Of a stretch of DNA of 64,000 nucleotides, positions 13,671-26,121 are shown piece after piece. Within the stretch, counting starts at the first letter, position 1, and each line of letters starts with the position of its first letter. The stretch lies in contig OZ024763.1 of NCBI GenBank assembly GCA_964016885.1, positions 9,548,001 through 9,612,000 on the forward strand. Reading direction: 5' to 3'. The notes under the pieces are model-generated. The model ran no database searches. It was given only the letters and a program-made list of their open reading frames with translations, and had not been told where the DNA came from. Origin of the DNA: Eledone cirrhosa. Taxonomy: Eukaryota. A program made the position numbers and the translations under genes.

Positions 13671-13949
13671 TTACCTTCCAGTGTTCTACCTCTCTCTCTC
13701 TATATATATATATGTACAGACACACACACACACACACATATATTATATTATATATAAATATTTACACAGACACATATATATGTATATGTGTGTATATATA
13801 TATAACATTCCATTCAATTGTAGGATAAAGAAAAGGAATATGAGACTGAAAAAAGAAACCAAGCAACAAAAATCTATTAAAATACTGGGACAAATACAAG
13901 ACAGAAGGGAAGACATGGAAGAGAAACACATTTTATGGTCGAGTTGGGG

Positions 13950-15383
13950 TGGTGTAGTGTAGTGTGGTGTAGTGTGGTGTGGTGTGGTGTGGTGTGGTGG
14001 TGTGGTGTGGTGTGGTGTGGTGTGGTGTGGTGTGGTGTGGTGTGGTGTAGTGTGGTGTAGTGTGGAGTGGTGTGGTGTGGTGTAGTGTAGTGTAGTATAG
14101 TGTAGTGTGGTGTAGTGTAGTGTAGTGTAGTGTGGTGTGGTGTGGTGTGGTGTGGTGTGGTGTGGTGTGGTGTGGTGTGGTGTAATATAGTGTAGTGTAG
14201 TTTGGTGTAATGTAGTGTAGTGTAGTGTGGTGTAGCATAGTGTGGTGTGGTGTGGTGTAGTGTAGTGTAGTGTGGTGTGGTGTGGTGTGGTGTGGTGTGG
14301 TGTGGTGTGGTGTGGTGTGGTGTGGTGTGGTGTAATATAGTGTAGTGTAGTTTGGTGTAATGTAGTGTAGTGTAGTGTGGTGTAGCATAGTGTGGTGTGG
14401 TGTGGTGTAGTGTAGTGTAGTGTGGTGTGGTGTGGTGTGGTGTGGTGTGGTGTGGCGTGGCGTGGCGTGGCGTGGCGTGGCGTGGCGTGGCATGGCGTAG
14501 TGTAGTGTGGTGTGGTCTAATGTAGTGTAGTGTGGTGTAGTGTAGTGTGGTGTAGTGTGGTGTAGTGTAGTGTGGTGTGGTGTAGTGTAATGTAGTGTAG
14601 TGTAGTGTAGTGTAGTGTGGTGTGGTGTGGTGTGATGGGGTGTGGTGTAGTGTAATGTAGTGTGGTGTAGTGTAATGTAGTGTAGTGTAGTGTGGTGTAG
14701 TGTAATGTAGTGTGGTGTAATGTAGTGTAGTGTAGTGTAGTATAGTGTAGTGTAGTGTAGTGTGGTGTAATGTAGTGTAGTGTAATGTAGTGTGGTGTAA
14801 TGTAGTGTAGTGTAGTGTGGTGTAGTGTGGTGTGGTGTAGCGTGGTGTGGTGTAGCGTGGTGTAGTGTAGTGTGGTATGGTGTGGTGCAGTGTAATGTAG
14901 GGTAGTGTGGTGTAGGGTAGTGTGGTGTAGCATAGTGTGGTGTAGTGTAATGTAGTGTGGTGTGGTGTAATGTAGTGTAGTGTGGTGTGGTGTAATGTAG
15001 TGTAGTGTAGTTGTGGTGTGGTGTAGCATAGTGTGGTGTAGTGTGGTGTGGTGTAATGTAGCGTAGTGTAGTGTGGTGTAGTGTGGTGTAGTGTGGTGTG
15101 GTGTGGTGTAGTGTGGTGTAGTGTGGTGTGGTGTAGTGTAATGTAATGTAGTGTGGTGTAATGTAGTGTAGTGTAGTGTAGTGTGGTGTGGTGTAATGTA
15201 GCGTAGTGTAGTGTGGTGTAGTGTGGTGTAGTGTGGTGTGGTGTAGTGTAATGTAATGTAGTGTGGTGTGGTGTAGTGTAATGTAATGTAGTGTGGTGTA
15301 ATGTAGTGTAGTGTGGTGTAGCGTGGTGTGGTGTAGTGTGGTGTAATATAGTGTAGTGTAGTGTGGTGTAGTGTGGGGTGGTG
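13950..15383. repeat. Pentanucleotide satellite (GTGTA/GTGTG)n, ~1.4 kb
   Basis: Direct inspection; it generates the spurious His/Thr/Tyr ORFs. Confidence 0.97.
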
Positions 15384-15594
15384 TATCCTTGGTGTCTCAC
15401 ATAAATACACATCTCTCCCACACATATTTACACAGTTTAGATATGCTGTAATAATCATCACCAAGTATATGTTATATCCTGGTGTGTCTATAAGGGGGTG
15501 GGGGTAGGGGGCTAGATGACTGGAGAGAATTGAAGTGAGCATACTCCGATGGATGTTTGATGTTAATGTGCCTGAATGATGGAGCACAGATGAG

Positions 15595-15730
15595 CATGTA
15601 TCTTTGTTTATTGTCACTCATAAACAGTTCACTTTCTTGACATTGCACATTATTCCAAGTACTATACATACACCTTTGATGAGTTGTAATGCACCTGAGC
15701 ACTGTACACAATAATTTCATTATTATTATA
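15595..15730 (+). mobile_element. CR1 3' UTR fragment (same family as 6268-7815)
   Basis: gagttgtaatgcacctgagcactgtacacaata + (TTA)n matches the reverse complement of 6290-6420. Confidence 0.75.
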
Positions 15731-16084
15731 AAAGCTAAGCATAAGATGAATCACGTAATATGCAAGACAGCTGACTGCACTGGTATCAAAACGTGATATG
15801 TATGGAGGACTACTATGGATAAAAACGTGCAGGAGTTCCCTGTGGAAGGAATGAGCAGTGAGGGAATACCATAGAAAACCTAGGTATAAATAGAATCAGA
15901 TGTAGTGTGCAAGAGAGAAAACTGCACTTGTACCGACTTGTGATGTGTATGGAGGACAACTGTGGAAGGAAGCTACTGCGGAGGAAGACTGAGGAAGATT
16001 TGGATAGAAGTGGTAAGAACTGATGTGAAAACACTTAATATGTTCTCAACACCAACTAAATAATGAAGTGTTGGGTATGTTATT

Positions 16085-16294
16085 GGATTGGCAGTATCGG
16101 TAGAGCATGAGTTCAAATCCTTCCGAGGTTAGCTTTGCCTTTCATCCTTATGGGGTCGATATAATAAAGTACCAGTAATGCACTGGCGTAATTGCTGACA
16201 TGGTGCCAAATGTATAAACAATTGTTAGATTCTTCCAATGTATTTATCATTTCCAAAAGGTTTAAGATTGCAATATTACTTATACTAGTCTACA

Positions 16295-16335
<41 letters not shown>

Positions 16336-17205
16336 TTATTGGATTGGCAGTATCGGAAGAGGTTCGGACGCCATGCTTTGACGCATTGCGTTACGGCCCT
16401 TTATGGTCTGAATTCAAATCCCACCGAGGTTAACTTTGCCTTTCATCCTTACGGAGTCGATAAAATAAAGTACCAGTAATACACTGGGTAATTGCTGGCC
16501 TTGTGCCAAAAGTAGAAACAATTATTATTAATATTATTATTATTATTATTATTGCAGGTGAAAACTGGGGGATCCAATGGTGTGGTTTGATGAGATATAA
16601 AAGGCAAGCAGGTGTAGTAAAGGAAGCTGAGAGAATGTAAGACAGAGGAAGAGAAGGTTATTGTTATTAGTATATGTATATATAGAGAGAGGGTTATATA
16701 ATATATATACCTATATATCTATGTTAACAAAAGACAGATAAAGGTAAATTCTTAAGTAAACTACTCAACATAATAGATGTTTGAATGGTGTCCCACTCAA
16801 CATGTCTGTCTATGAATGAATAATATTTCAGATACAACAAATCACGATATAAACACCAATGAAAATAGAATGGAAGAAAACTTCAAATATATTAAAAATA
16901 TTATGAGGGGTTCCAGATATTGTAAGGGTGTCCAGTGAGGATGTTAATGTGTAGCCTACCCCCACTTCACCCATTGCTTGTGTAGTTCTTACTTTAATTC
17001 TGTGCAGTAAGTTACGTTATGTCATAGAATACAACACTTTATATCATAGAATTGATATGTGGATTGGCAGAGGGTCACATGCCATGCTTTGCAGCAGTTA
17101 ACTTTGCAGTTAACTTTGCTTTTCATCCTTACGAGGTTGATAAAAGAAAGTACCAGTAATGACTGGGGTAATTGCTGGTCTTGTGCCAAAAGTAGAAACA
17201 ATTAT
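16085..17205 (+). mobile_element. Three MetaSINE-like copies (~16085-16225, 16340-16530, 17058-17205)
   Basis: ggattggcag head, B-box-like gagttcaaatcc, gcctttcatcctta..ggtcgata..aagtaccagt. Confidence 0.75.
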
Positions 17206-18374
17206 ATCAGAGAATACAAAACAACTGTGATTATTTTAACATACAGTTGACCTCTGCTTGTATAGTTCTAAATCTAATGTAGTGTCAAATACTAATAGCT
17301 CTTCTTCTCCTCCTCCCACTTATTCCTGATTCGTCATGGGGCAGAGTCCTCAAACACTCCTTCCAGCAGGTCCTGTCAGAAATAACCATTCTCCAGCTGA
17401 TCCGGCTGGATTCCCAAGCGTGACCAGCCAAGCTCATGGATGTTATCCAACCATCTTGCTCAGGGCCGACCTCTGGGTCTCCTACCTGTTTGTTTCACCC
17501 GTAAAATCTGTCCAGCGATTCTTTCCTGAGGCTACATGCTCTTACATGGTAAATGATGGTTAAAAGAATTAAAACACTCATAAAATGTTTAAAATAGCTC
17601 CATTACAAATGTTGAAATTATGTGAAAATGTCAATATGTATACTGAGACTAGTCTAGAGATTATTTACTGAAAAAGGTTGTAGATTGTGATCGTTTGCTT
17701 ATTCATGTGTGGCATGTTTATAGAGTGAAGGCAAATAGTTTTGTGGTTAGGGTGTTGGGTTCTGTTGGATGTGAGATGTCAACATAACATACATAAACAA
17801 TGAAACAAGGGTGAGACGAGAGAGAAAAAATTGATACAAAAGGATTCAGATGTAGTATGAGAAGACTGTGATGGTATGGATATGTGATGTGTATGTATGA
17901 TGATTGTGGGGTGAAGAAGTGTTTAGAGATCCTAGTGAGAGGAAGCTGCTGCAGAGGAAAACGGAGGAAAACTTGGGTAGAAGTGGTGAGAGCTGATCTT
18001 GAAATGCAGAACCTCAGAGAAGCAGAGAAGAGATAAAGAAGGGATGCAACAAGTGGAGAGGACCTATGCAACCCAAGCAAGACACTTTATTTCAAATCAT
18101 CACAGTCTACTCAGCTGGAAAAAATGAGTTGTAGCAACATTGTTGCTAAGTTGTATTGGCCTTTGCCTTTCTCTTGGACAACTTATATAGTGTATATATA
18201 GTGTATATATAGGGTATATATGAGTTGTGATGTCACTTGATGCCAAACTGTATTGGCCTTTGCCTTTCCCTTAGACAAGATAATATATAGTGTATACAGT
18301 ATATATCATCACCATCATCGTTTTTACATCTGTTTTTGCATGCTTGCATTAGTTGTACAAAATCCTTGCCAAGA

Positions 18375-19630
18375 TTGGTTGTCCCCCAAGACTTCTCAGG
18401 ATAGTTCAATCGTTTCATGCAGATTGAAAGTTATTGTTCAATTTGAGGGCTCTTTCTCAGAGGCATTTAACATATGTAGTGGTATGAAGCAGGGCTGTGT
18501 GTTAGCCTCCACCTTGTTTGGCATCTTTTTTGCACTTATGCTGAAACACGCATTTGGAACATCAACAGAAGGTGTTTACCTCTTCACCAGGTCAGATGGG
18601 AAGCTATTTAGTCAGTCAAAGCTGAAAGTGAAATCCAAGGTTCGCCAGGTACTCATCAGAGAAATGCTGTTTGCAGATGGCGGCACACTCTGAGGAGCAA
18701 ATGCAGCACCACATAGACAAACTCTCAATGGCTTGCCAGCAATTCAGCCTGACCATTAGTCTGAAGAAAACCAATGTACTGAGCCACGATGTCAAGCACC
18801 CCTACAATCACAATCAACAACTATGAACTGGCGGTAGTCTACAAATTTATCTACCTTGGCTCTACCATCACTGACAACCTCTCCTTGGACCCCAAGATCA
18901 GCAGGAGAGTTGGACGAGTAGCCTCCACATTTACCAGGCTGATGAAGTGAGTCTGAGAAAACTAACTGCAAACATCAAGATTTCTAACTACAAGGCATGT
19001 GGTCTCAGTACACTACTTTATGGTAGCAAGACATGGAACCTCTACTCCAGACAGGAACGGTGTCTCAATGTCTTCCACCTTCATAGCCTGTGACACATTT
19101 TGGACCGACCGACTCACCACTGAAATCCTCAACCATGCCAAGACACCCAGCCTATTCACCCTGCTCCAACAGCACCATCTGTGTTGACTCAGTCACATAC
19201 ATCATATGCCAGACAGGAAGATCCCAAAAGACATAATGTATGGGGAACTGGCTACTGGCACAAGAGTATGAGGGTGATCTCATCTTTGTTTCAAAGACGT
19301 CTGCAGGAGAGATATGAAGTCAATAGATCTGGACATCCAGAGATGGAAGTAGGTTGCTAATGATTTCCCACATTGGACAGAGGAACTGCACTAGGGATAG
19401 AATGAGGGGAAGAGAAACTGAAACTTGCCACCAAAGAAAAGCATGCTCAAAGAAAGGACAGTAGAGTAGCACAGGATGAGAACATCTTCAAATGGAGTCA
19501 CTGTATACATGACTGCCACTCCCATGAGGGCCTGTACATCCACAACAAATGTTGCACTGCCATCTGCAACTGGCACAAAATTCTCCAGGTGCAGATCTAT
19601 AGTCTTTTGAGATGACGGATGCCAATAGAA
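18375..19630 (+). mobile_element. BovB-like RTE LINE, decayed
   Basis: SGMKQGCVLASTLFGIFF, RSDGKLF, LFAD, YLGS, IPKDIMYGEL; many stops. Confidence 0.88.
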
Positions 19631-20908
19631 TATAATGTGAATGTGAATTGTAACATGACTGGCATGGAGCTGTATCCGCTGTTGCCTTTCCCTTGGACAA
19701 CATTGGTGACATGGAGAGAAGAGGCTGACATGCGTGGGTAACTACTGGTCATTCACAAAAACACCATGTCCAGATTTGCACCTCAGAGAAACTTTACAGA
19801 TGCAAACCTTTGAACAAACAAGTTACAAATTCTATAAAAAGAAGGAAAAATAAAACTACTTGACTTTTTCCTTTGCCACACCAGAGAAATTACCAAACCC
19901 TCTCAAACCATTCTAGCTCTTATGATAGAGAGCTGTGTAATTTAGTCCTTCCATTACCATATTTCTAACACTGTATTTGAATTAATTCATGAAGAGTTTC
20001 AAGGGGTGTCAATTTAATTGACATCCCCTTCAAATTACTGGCCTTGTGCCAAATATAGAAACAATTATTAAAATGATATTTTTAACATAACAAATAATTC
20101 ATATATCAATAAATGGCAGTGCTCAAGCATGGCCTCAGCCAGTTGACTAGAATAGGTAAAAGAGTAAAAGAACAATATAAAATTATGCTGGTAGATTATA
20201 ATTTAAATAAAAACCCTTTAAAATAATTTTTTTTATGAAACCAGAGACAGTTTGTTGCTAGTTGGGTATTGAAAGTGTTTATATTTATCTAAAGATCTTG
20301 CATCATATGTAAGAACACCAACTTAATAACGAGAAAGTTAGTTATATTACTAAAACCTTCCAAATTCTTGAGTTTTTTCAAAGGTATTTGAAAATATATA
20401 AGCAGTGTCTTTCATTAGAAATATGGTAATGAAAGGGATAAAGAGTTTATATATATTTTAAAACCTTTTATCATAATTTTATGTAAGAACCTTTGTTAAG
20501 TTCCAAACAACAACTTAATAATGAGAAAGTTAGTTATATTACTAAATCCCTCCAAATTGTTCATTTTCTTAGTGTGGTCAGAGCAAGAAAGGTAAAAAAC
20601 TAGGTTTATTAGATGAAATGTCAAAATCTAGATTTGTCAGATGAAATTATTTTGTGGAAGAATGGGGGCATAATTGGGGAAATGGGGCAAACAGTAAAGA
20701 GTACCAAATACTCGGGTGACAGCTTAGTCTGCAAACATGTATTGAGTTCTTAACTTTTTATATTTTGCTTGCTAAACACAATTACTACCCCCACCTCAAC
20801 CACCACTACAATATTATCAACCCCCAACCTGGTATATAACTGTCATACTTTTAACCAGGATAGATTGCCAGATCGCGTTTGAACTTGTTAAATTTTGTAA
20901 TTATATAT

Positions 20909-20940
<32 letters not shown>

Positions 20941-21005
20941 AGAGAGAGAGAGAGAGAGGGTGACGAAACATAAGTCAATTGCATGAACTCATAATCCTTT
21001 ATTTA

Positions 21006-21046
21006 CTGCTATATATATTTTGAATGGCTATGACCTCATCAGGCAG
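21006..21046 (-). ncRNA. Degenerate hammerhead (family of 37341-37393)
   Basis: ctgc CTGATGA ggtcatagccattc AAA ATATATAT A gcag; G12 is mutated. Confidence 0.55.
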
Positions 21047-21152
21047 TTAGTCAGTTCTTAGATATGCCAGCTCTGTGTTTATAGTGTTGATGGTATCAGA
21101 GCCTGTGTATATATATATATATATACACACATATATATACATATATATACAT

Positions 21153-21205
<53 letters not shown>

Positions 21206-21210
<5 letters not shown>

Positions 21211-21735
21211 GAGGTTGAACAGCTTGTCGGAAGTGTGATATCTGAGATAGATACCATGTTGTCAATCCTTGAAGGCCATGAAGAACACCATTGCGAAATA
21301 CAAGGTAGACAAAGTTGGTGCTGGTATATCACCTTACTCAACACCATTTTCAACCGAGATTGGCTCGGACAGTTTAACCATGCCTGCATGTCATTGTGGA
21401 AGAGCATGAGTATGTTCACAAACTCTTCAGGACAGCACAATCACTCCAAAATAACCCACAAAGACTTCCGGTTTACGATGTCAAATGCCTTGGTCAGATT
21501 GACAAAAAAGTTGGTATAAGTCCATGCGCTGCTCAATACATTTCTCTTGGTGTTGTTTGGCTGAAAAGACCATGTCAACAGTGCCTCAGCCATTCCTTAA
21601 GCCACATTAGTTTCAGGAAGTACCTCAACAGCAATGTGCTGTATCAATCTGTCCAACAATATCCTGCACAAGATCTTCCCAGCCACAGATAGCAGTGAGA
21701 TACCTCTGTAGTTGCCACAGTCATCTTTGGCTCCA
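21206..21735 (-). mobile_element. BovB-like RTE RT fragment
   Basis: GNYRGISLLSVAGKILCRILLDRL, FVNLTKAFD, KQGDIPAPTLF. Confidence 0.8.
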
Positions 21736-21791
21736 ATATTTACAACAACAGCATCAAAACAAACGCCAACACCAATATATATACATACATA

Positions 21792-22674
21792 TCTATATAT
21801 ATAAAACTGAGGATGTCTGTGTGTGTGTGAGTTTGAATCCCTAAAACTTGAGAACCACCCAACCGACTGTAATACTTATGTTTCAGGGAGTATTCTGAGC
21901 AAAAAAATTTCAAATTTTCAATGCCCTAGGGACCGCATTAGGCGATTTAACGATCTCTCTCTATAATTCTTAGTCTTTCTCTTTTTAGATAGATACATAC
22001 ATTTAACGTCGCACTCTTATATCTGTCTGTCTGCATTACGTCACTTCCCTGAGGATGTCTGTCTGTGTGTATGTGTCTGAGTTTGAATCCCTAAAACTCG
22101 AGAAGTACCCAACCGATGTTTTTCAAACTTTACATGTGTATTACTTATGTTTCAGGGAGTGTTATGCACATAAATTCAACATTTTGATCTCCTAGGGCCG
22201 ACATTAGGTAAAAAACTGCGTTTTTAAAGATTTTTAGGGTTTTTTTTAGGCGTTACGTCAGACCGATTTCCTTGAAATTGTAACTATGTATTAGTCAGTC
22301 TCTTCTTCATATCGTGAGCAAAAAAAATCCCATTTTTTTTATGGCCTAGGGCTCACATTAGGTGAAAAACTTCATTTTTTCAGCTTTTTAGGGCTTTTTG
22401 GAGGCATTACATCTAGCCGATTTTCCCGAAATTTCAAAGCATATTATGCACATAAAAAAATTTCATTTTCTTTATCCCCTAGGGCCCGCATTAGATGAAA
22501 ACCTGCATTTTTCCTGCTTCATCGAGGAAAATCTTAAAGATTATCCAGCCATCAGAGTATTCTGTTTATTTTCTTGACATATTGTCCAGGCATGCAGTTT
22601 TTCCACGATTAGGTCTGTTGGCGGCCCGCGTTCCAAAATACCTTATCCCGTGCAACGCTGGGTACCACTGCTAG
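21792..22674 (+). mobile_element. Non-autonomous Helitron
   Basis: A|TCTATATATATAAAA 5' end, subterminal hairpin cccgtgcaacgctggg, CTAG|T 3' end; internal subrepeats. Confidence 0.85.
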
Positions 22675-22702
22675 TATTTATATATATATATATACATACA
22701 TG

Positions 22703-22774
22703 TCCAAAGTGGTCTAGTGGTTAGGATTCCTCACTCTCACTGCGGCTGCCGGGTTTCGATTCCCCACTTGGGAA
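22703..22774 (+). pseudogene. tRNA-Glu(CTC) pseudogene
   Basis: 72 nt, TCCAAAGTGGTCTAGTGGTTAGGATT...CTCTCAC...TTCGATTCCC...GGGAA; mismatches in the acceptor, anticodon and T stems. Confidence 0.8.
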
Positions 22775-22805
22775 ATATTATAAATTGTATACATGCATAT
22801 ATATA

Positions 22806-22970
22806 TATCATCATCATCATCATCATTTTACGTCCGCTTTTCCCTGCTTGCAAGGGTGGGACGGGAACTGATTCTGGCTTGATTTCTACAGCTGGATGCC
22901 CTTACTAACACCAACCTCATTTACAGTGAGTGCTGGGTTCTTTTTTGCCGTGGTACCTCCACGACCACTA
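22806..22970 (-). mobile_element. CORE-type SINE 3' fragment
   Basis: Matches 48851-49005. Confidence 0.8.
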
Positions 22971-22980
22971 CATGCATATA

Positions 22981-23705
22981 TATATCAACTAGAAATTGAT
23001 TAACATATAAATAGACATATGAAACAATCACAGGGGATAATTTGTAAAAGTGTGTAAGCACACATAGCTAGGTAGGTAACTAAATAAAGTTTAACTAGAA
23101 CTTCAAAAATAGATACCTTATAATTTGATTAATCTTCCTCGTATATATTCCATTAAAGAAATATATTTCACCAATTAATCGATCGGTAAACGACAGAAGC
23201 CAGATCCTGGATTTTCATCAAGGAAGAGGTCCAACCATCTGTGTTTACGCATCAAGTTCAAATCAGCGACTGGCCAGTAACACTTGCTGTATCCACTAAA
23301 AATACACACATCATACCAGCTTCGTCCCAGTCGCTGATTTGAACTTGATGTGTAAACACAGATGGTTGGACCTCTTCCTTGTTGAAAATCCAGGATCTGG
23401 CTTCTGTCGTTTACCAATTGATTAATTGGTGAAATATATTTCTTTAATGGAATATATACGAGGAAGATTAATCAAATTATAAGGTATCTATTTTTGAAGT
23501 TCTAGTTAAACTTTATTTAGTTACCTACCTAGCTATGTGTGCTTACACACTCTTACAAATTATCCCCTGTGATTGTTTCATATGTCTATTTATATGTCAA
23601 TCAATTTCTAGTTGATATAAAATGCTCGAATCTACTCATTAGAATCTTGGAGCATATTTTACGGGTGATATGGCGCATGTCTATCTGGCATGACACCCTT
23701 AATTT
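22981..23705. mobile_element. PLE-type inverted-arm insert: ~293-bp arms (22981-23273 / 23327-23619) plus a tail on the right arm
   Basis: Near-perfect inverted repeat; the tail starts with an ATGCTC...GAGCAT hairpin; TTGATGA...GAAATATATTTC hammerhead-like relic. Confidence 0.75.
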
Positions 23706-23753
23706 AATTTGATTTAATTTAATTTAATTCAATTTATCTTAATTTTGGATATT

Positions 23754-23835
<82 letters not shown>

Positions 23836-23877
23836 CATATATATGTATATATGTATATATATATACATATATATATA

Positions 23878-24625
23878 CAAATTAACTGCAAAACCAGGAA
23901 TGTAGTATATAAGATGTATGGAGTGGCAGTATAGGAATAGGAACACAACCTATATAGGTGAGACAGCATAGGAGAAAGTTTAAATGAACACTGGCAAGAA
24001 CTCCAAGATGGGAAGAACTCATCAGTACTCCACCAACATGCCAAAATGGAACATAGGGACATACTAGAGAACATAGAAATAAAGATCATATCAACACAGA
24101 GAAAAGACGCAATGCTTAGACCAATTACAAAAGTGACAAACATGAACTCCAACCAAAATTAAACAGAAAACATATGTGGAATAGCAACAACATCACAACT
24201 AGTAATTAAGGACAAGATAAAGACATACAGGGACACACAAGAACCAGACTAACAAAACAAACCAGGCACACACAGATAGAACAAGCAAACAATGAGTGAC
24301 ATCATCATCATTTTACATCCACTTTTCCCTGCTTGCAAGGGTGGGACATATAAATAAATAAATAAAAACACAAACACACCCAGATATATCACATGTGCAA
24401 CCCAAATACACAGCACACAACACACAAAAACAAGATGGTGTAGGATAGAACAAAGGAAAGACACAAAATAACAAATTAGTCACCGAGGAGGTCACAGAAT
24501 GTGTGATAAAAGAGCTTTGACAATAAATATACAACTATCTGGTTATTAAACCAACAAACTGGAAATTTGTAATAAATGGAAGTGAAAATCAACAGGTGCA
24601 TTATTGGCAGCATGACCCTCCCAAA
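23878..24625 (+). mobile_element. Penelope-like element 3' part: decayed GIY-YIG endonuclease plus terminal repeat
   Basis: Translates with shifts as NCKTRNVVYK...TYIGET...LNEH...SSVLHQHAKMEH...PKLNRKHMWN; terminal repeat shared with 34950-35170. Confidence 0.8.
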
Positions 24626-24835
24626 GTATAACAACTTATTTATACCTCTCCCCCCTCTCTCTCTATAACCCCCTCATTTCTCATCTCTCCTTCTCCCCGT
24701 TTGATTTGTGGTTATATCTTACCTCCCCCCCAAAAAAAAAAAATTTTACTATGCAAATAGTATTCAGCTGGTAACAGCTACCTTTTGCGCTGAGAATACT
24801 CAAATTTTACGAATATTCATATATATATATATATA

Positions 24836-25015
24836 TATATAGAAAAGCTTCTACAGGACTAGAACTGTTTCATTTGTGAGAAATCATGATGATTTCTTAT
24901 GAATGAAACAGTTCTAGTCCTGTAGAAGCTTTTCTATATTAAAACATTTATACTGTGCTATGTATTGAGTACCTTACTTACTGTGGTTACCCCCGATTGA
25001 ACCCGGAATAACTTA
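24836..25015 (+). mobile_element. Fold-back PLE-type insert truncated inside the hammerhead core
   Basis: Palindrome 24836-24939; right arm TGATGA tttcttatgaat GAAAC agttcta GTC; tail with tact...gagta hairpin. Confidence 0.7.
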
Positions 25016-25039
25016 TATATATATATATATATATATATA

Positions 25040-25345
25040 CATAAACAATGAGTTATATGGTTTGTTGATTATCATTCAACATCAACAAAGTTAATTTTAT
25101 AACAGATTTGAAGCACTCTACAAGATTTATCTGGAGTACAATATTAATAAATGGAAAATATCTTTATAATACTATTAACGATTAACGAGCTTATACTATA
25201 AAGTCTACGCTAAGATATGTCAATATCTTAACACCAAATATTCTATTCTATCTGATGAACGCACACTAAAATGTTGTGTCTTTGAAATACGTATAATAAA
25301 ATAAATATGGTATTATAAAGATATTTCCCATGTATTAATATTGTT
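25040..25345. mobile_element. PLE-type insert with inverted, tail-bearing arm
   Basis: 25138-25172 is the reverse complement of 25310-25344; hammerhead at 25244-25303. Confidence 0.8.
25244..25303 (+). ncRNA. Type I hammerhead ribozyme motif
   Basis: tattctat CTGATGA ... GAA ATACGTAT A ataaaata (perfect palindrome in helix III). Confidence 0.75.
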
Positions 25346-25439
25346 TATATACATATATATATATATTTGAAAAAAGGAAAAGAATGCCTTCACTTGTAGT
25401 TCTAAAAAATTTGATTTAATTTTATAATATTATAATATT

Positions 25440-25630
25440 ACGGTGGATTGGCAGTATTAGTAGAGGGTCGGACGCCATGCTTTGACGTATAGAGTTACGG
25501 CCCTTGCCATTCTGAGTTCAAATCCCGCTAAGGTTAACTTTGCCTTTCATCCTTACGGGGTCGATAAAATAAAGTACCAGTAATGCACTGGGCAATTGCT
25601 GGCCTTGTGCCTAACGTAGAAACAATTATA
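25440..25630 (+). mobile_element. MetaSINE-like SINE, near full length
   Basis: tRNA-like head with GAGTTCAAATCCC, Meta-type central block, aaacaattat tail. Confidence 0.85.
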
Positions 25631-26121
25631 ATATTATGTGTTGGTAGATCTAGTAAGTTCTTCGTTAACTTCAGTGGGAAGAATTTTAAAGATTCCTGGT
25701 TAACTTTCTTGGAGAACTTTCTCGCATTCGTCGGTGACGATTGTCAAACTGAGATCAGGTTATGTTGTGATGTGCGACTCTATATATAATAGATTTGGAT
25801 GTGTTTGGGGGGTGGGGGGGTGTTAATGAGTGTGGGAGTGAAGGACTGTTGATGAAGATTTAAAGGAATTAAAGTAGACACACACACACATACATATATA
25901 CACAGAAAATGGTGAATGGTGACAGCAAGATAATGGGTTGGGAGTGCTGTTGGATGTTTTTTTAAAGAGTGTTTAAGAAAGGGGCTGTAAAAGTGCCCTC
26001 CTGCTAGTTCCATTTAAATAAATGACCTTTGATGAATATGATGGCACAATGTTTTTCAAATTCGTTTCTTATAGCTGAATCAACTCTCTGAATCAATTCA
26101 GCTATAAAAAACGAATTGGAA

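Noticed and set aside
13877-15617. Long His/Thr/Tyr-rich ORFs (514, 366 and 186 aa)
   Set aside because: They are translations of the pentamer satellite, whose C/A-rich strand lacks stop codons.
22981-23619. Palindromes as sequencing fold-back artefacts
   Set aside because: Most arms differ by substitutions, recur as families elsewhere in the window, and two are interrupted on one arm by later insertions. Only the perfect 56577-56688 case cannot be excluded this way.
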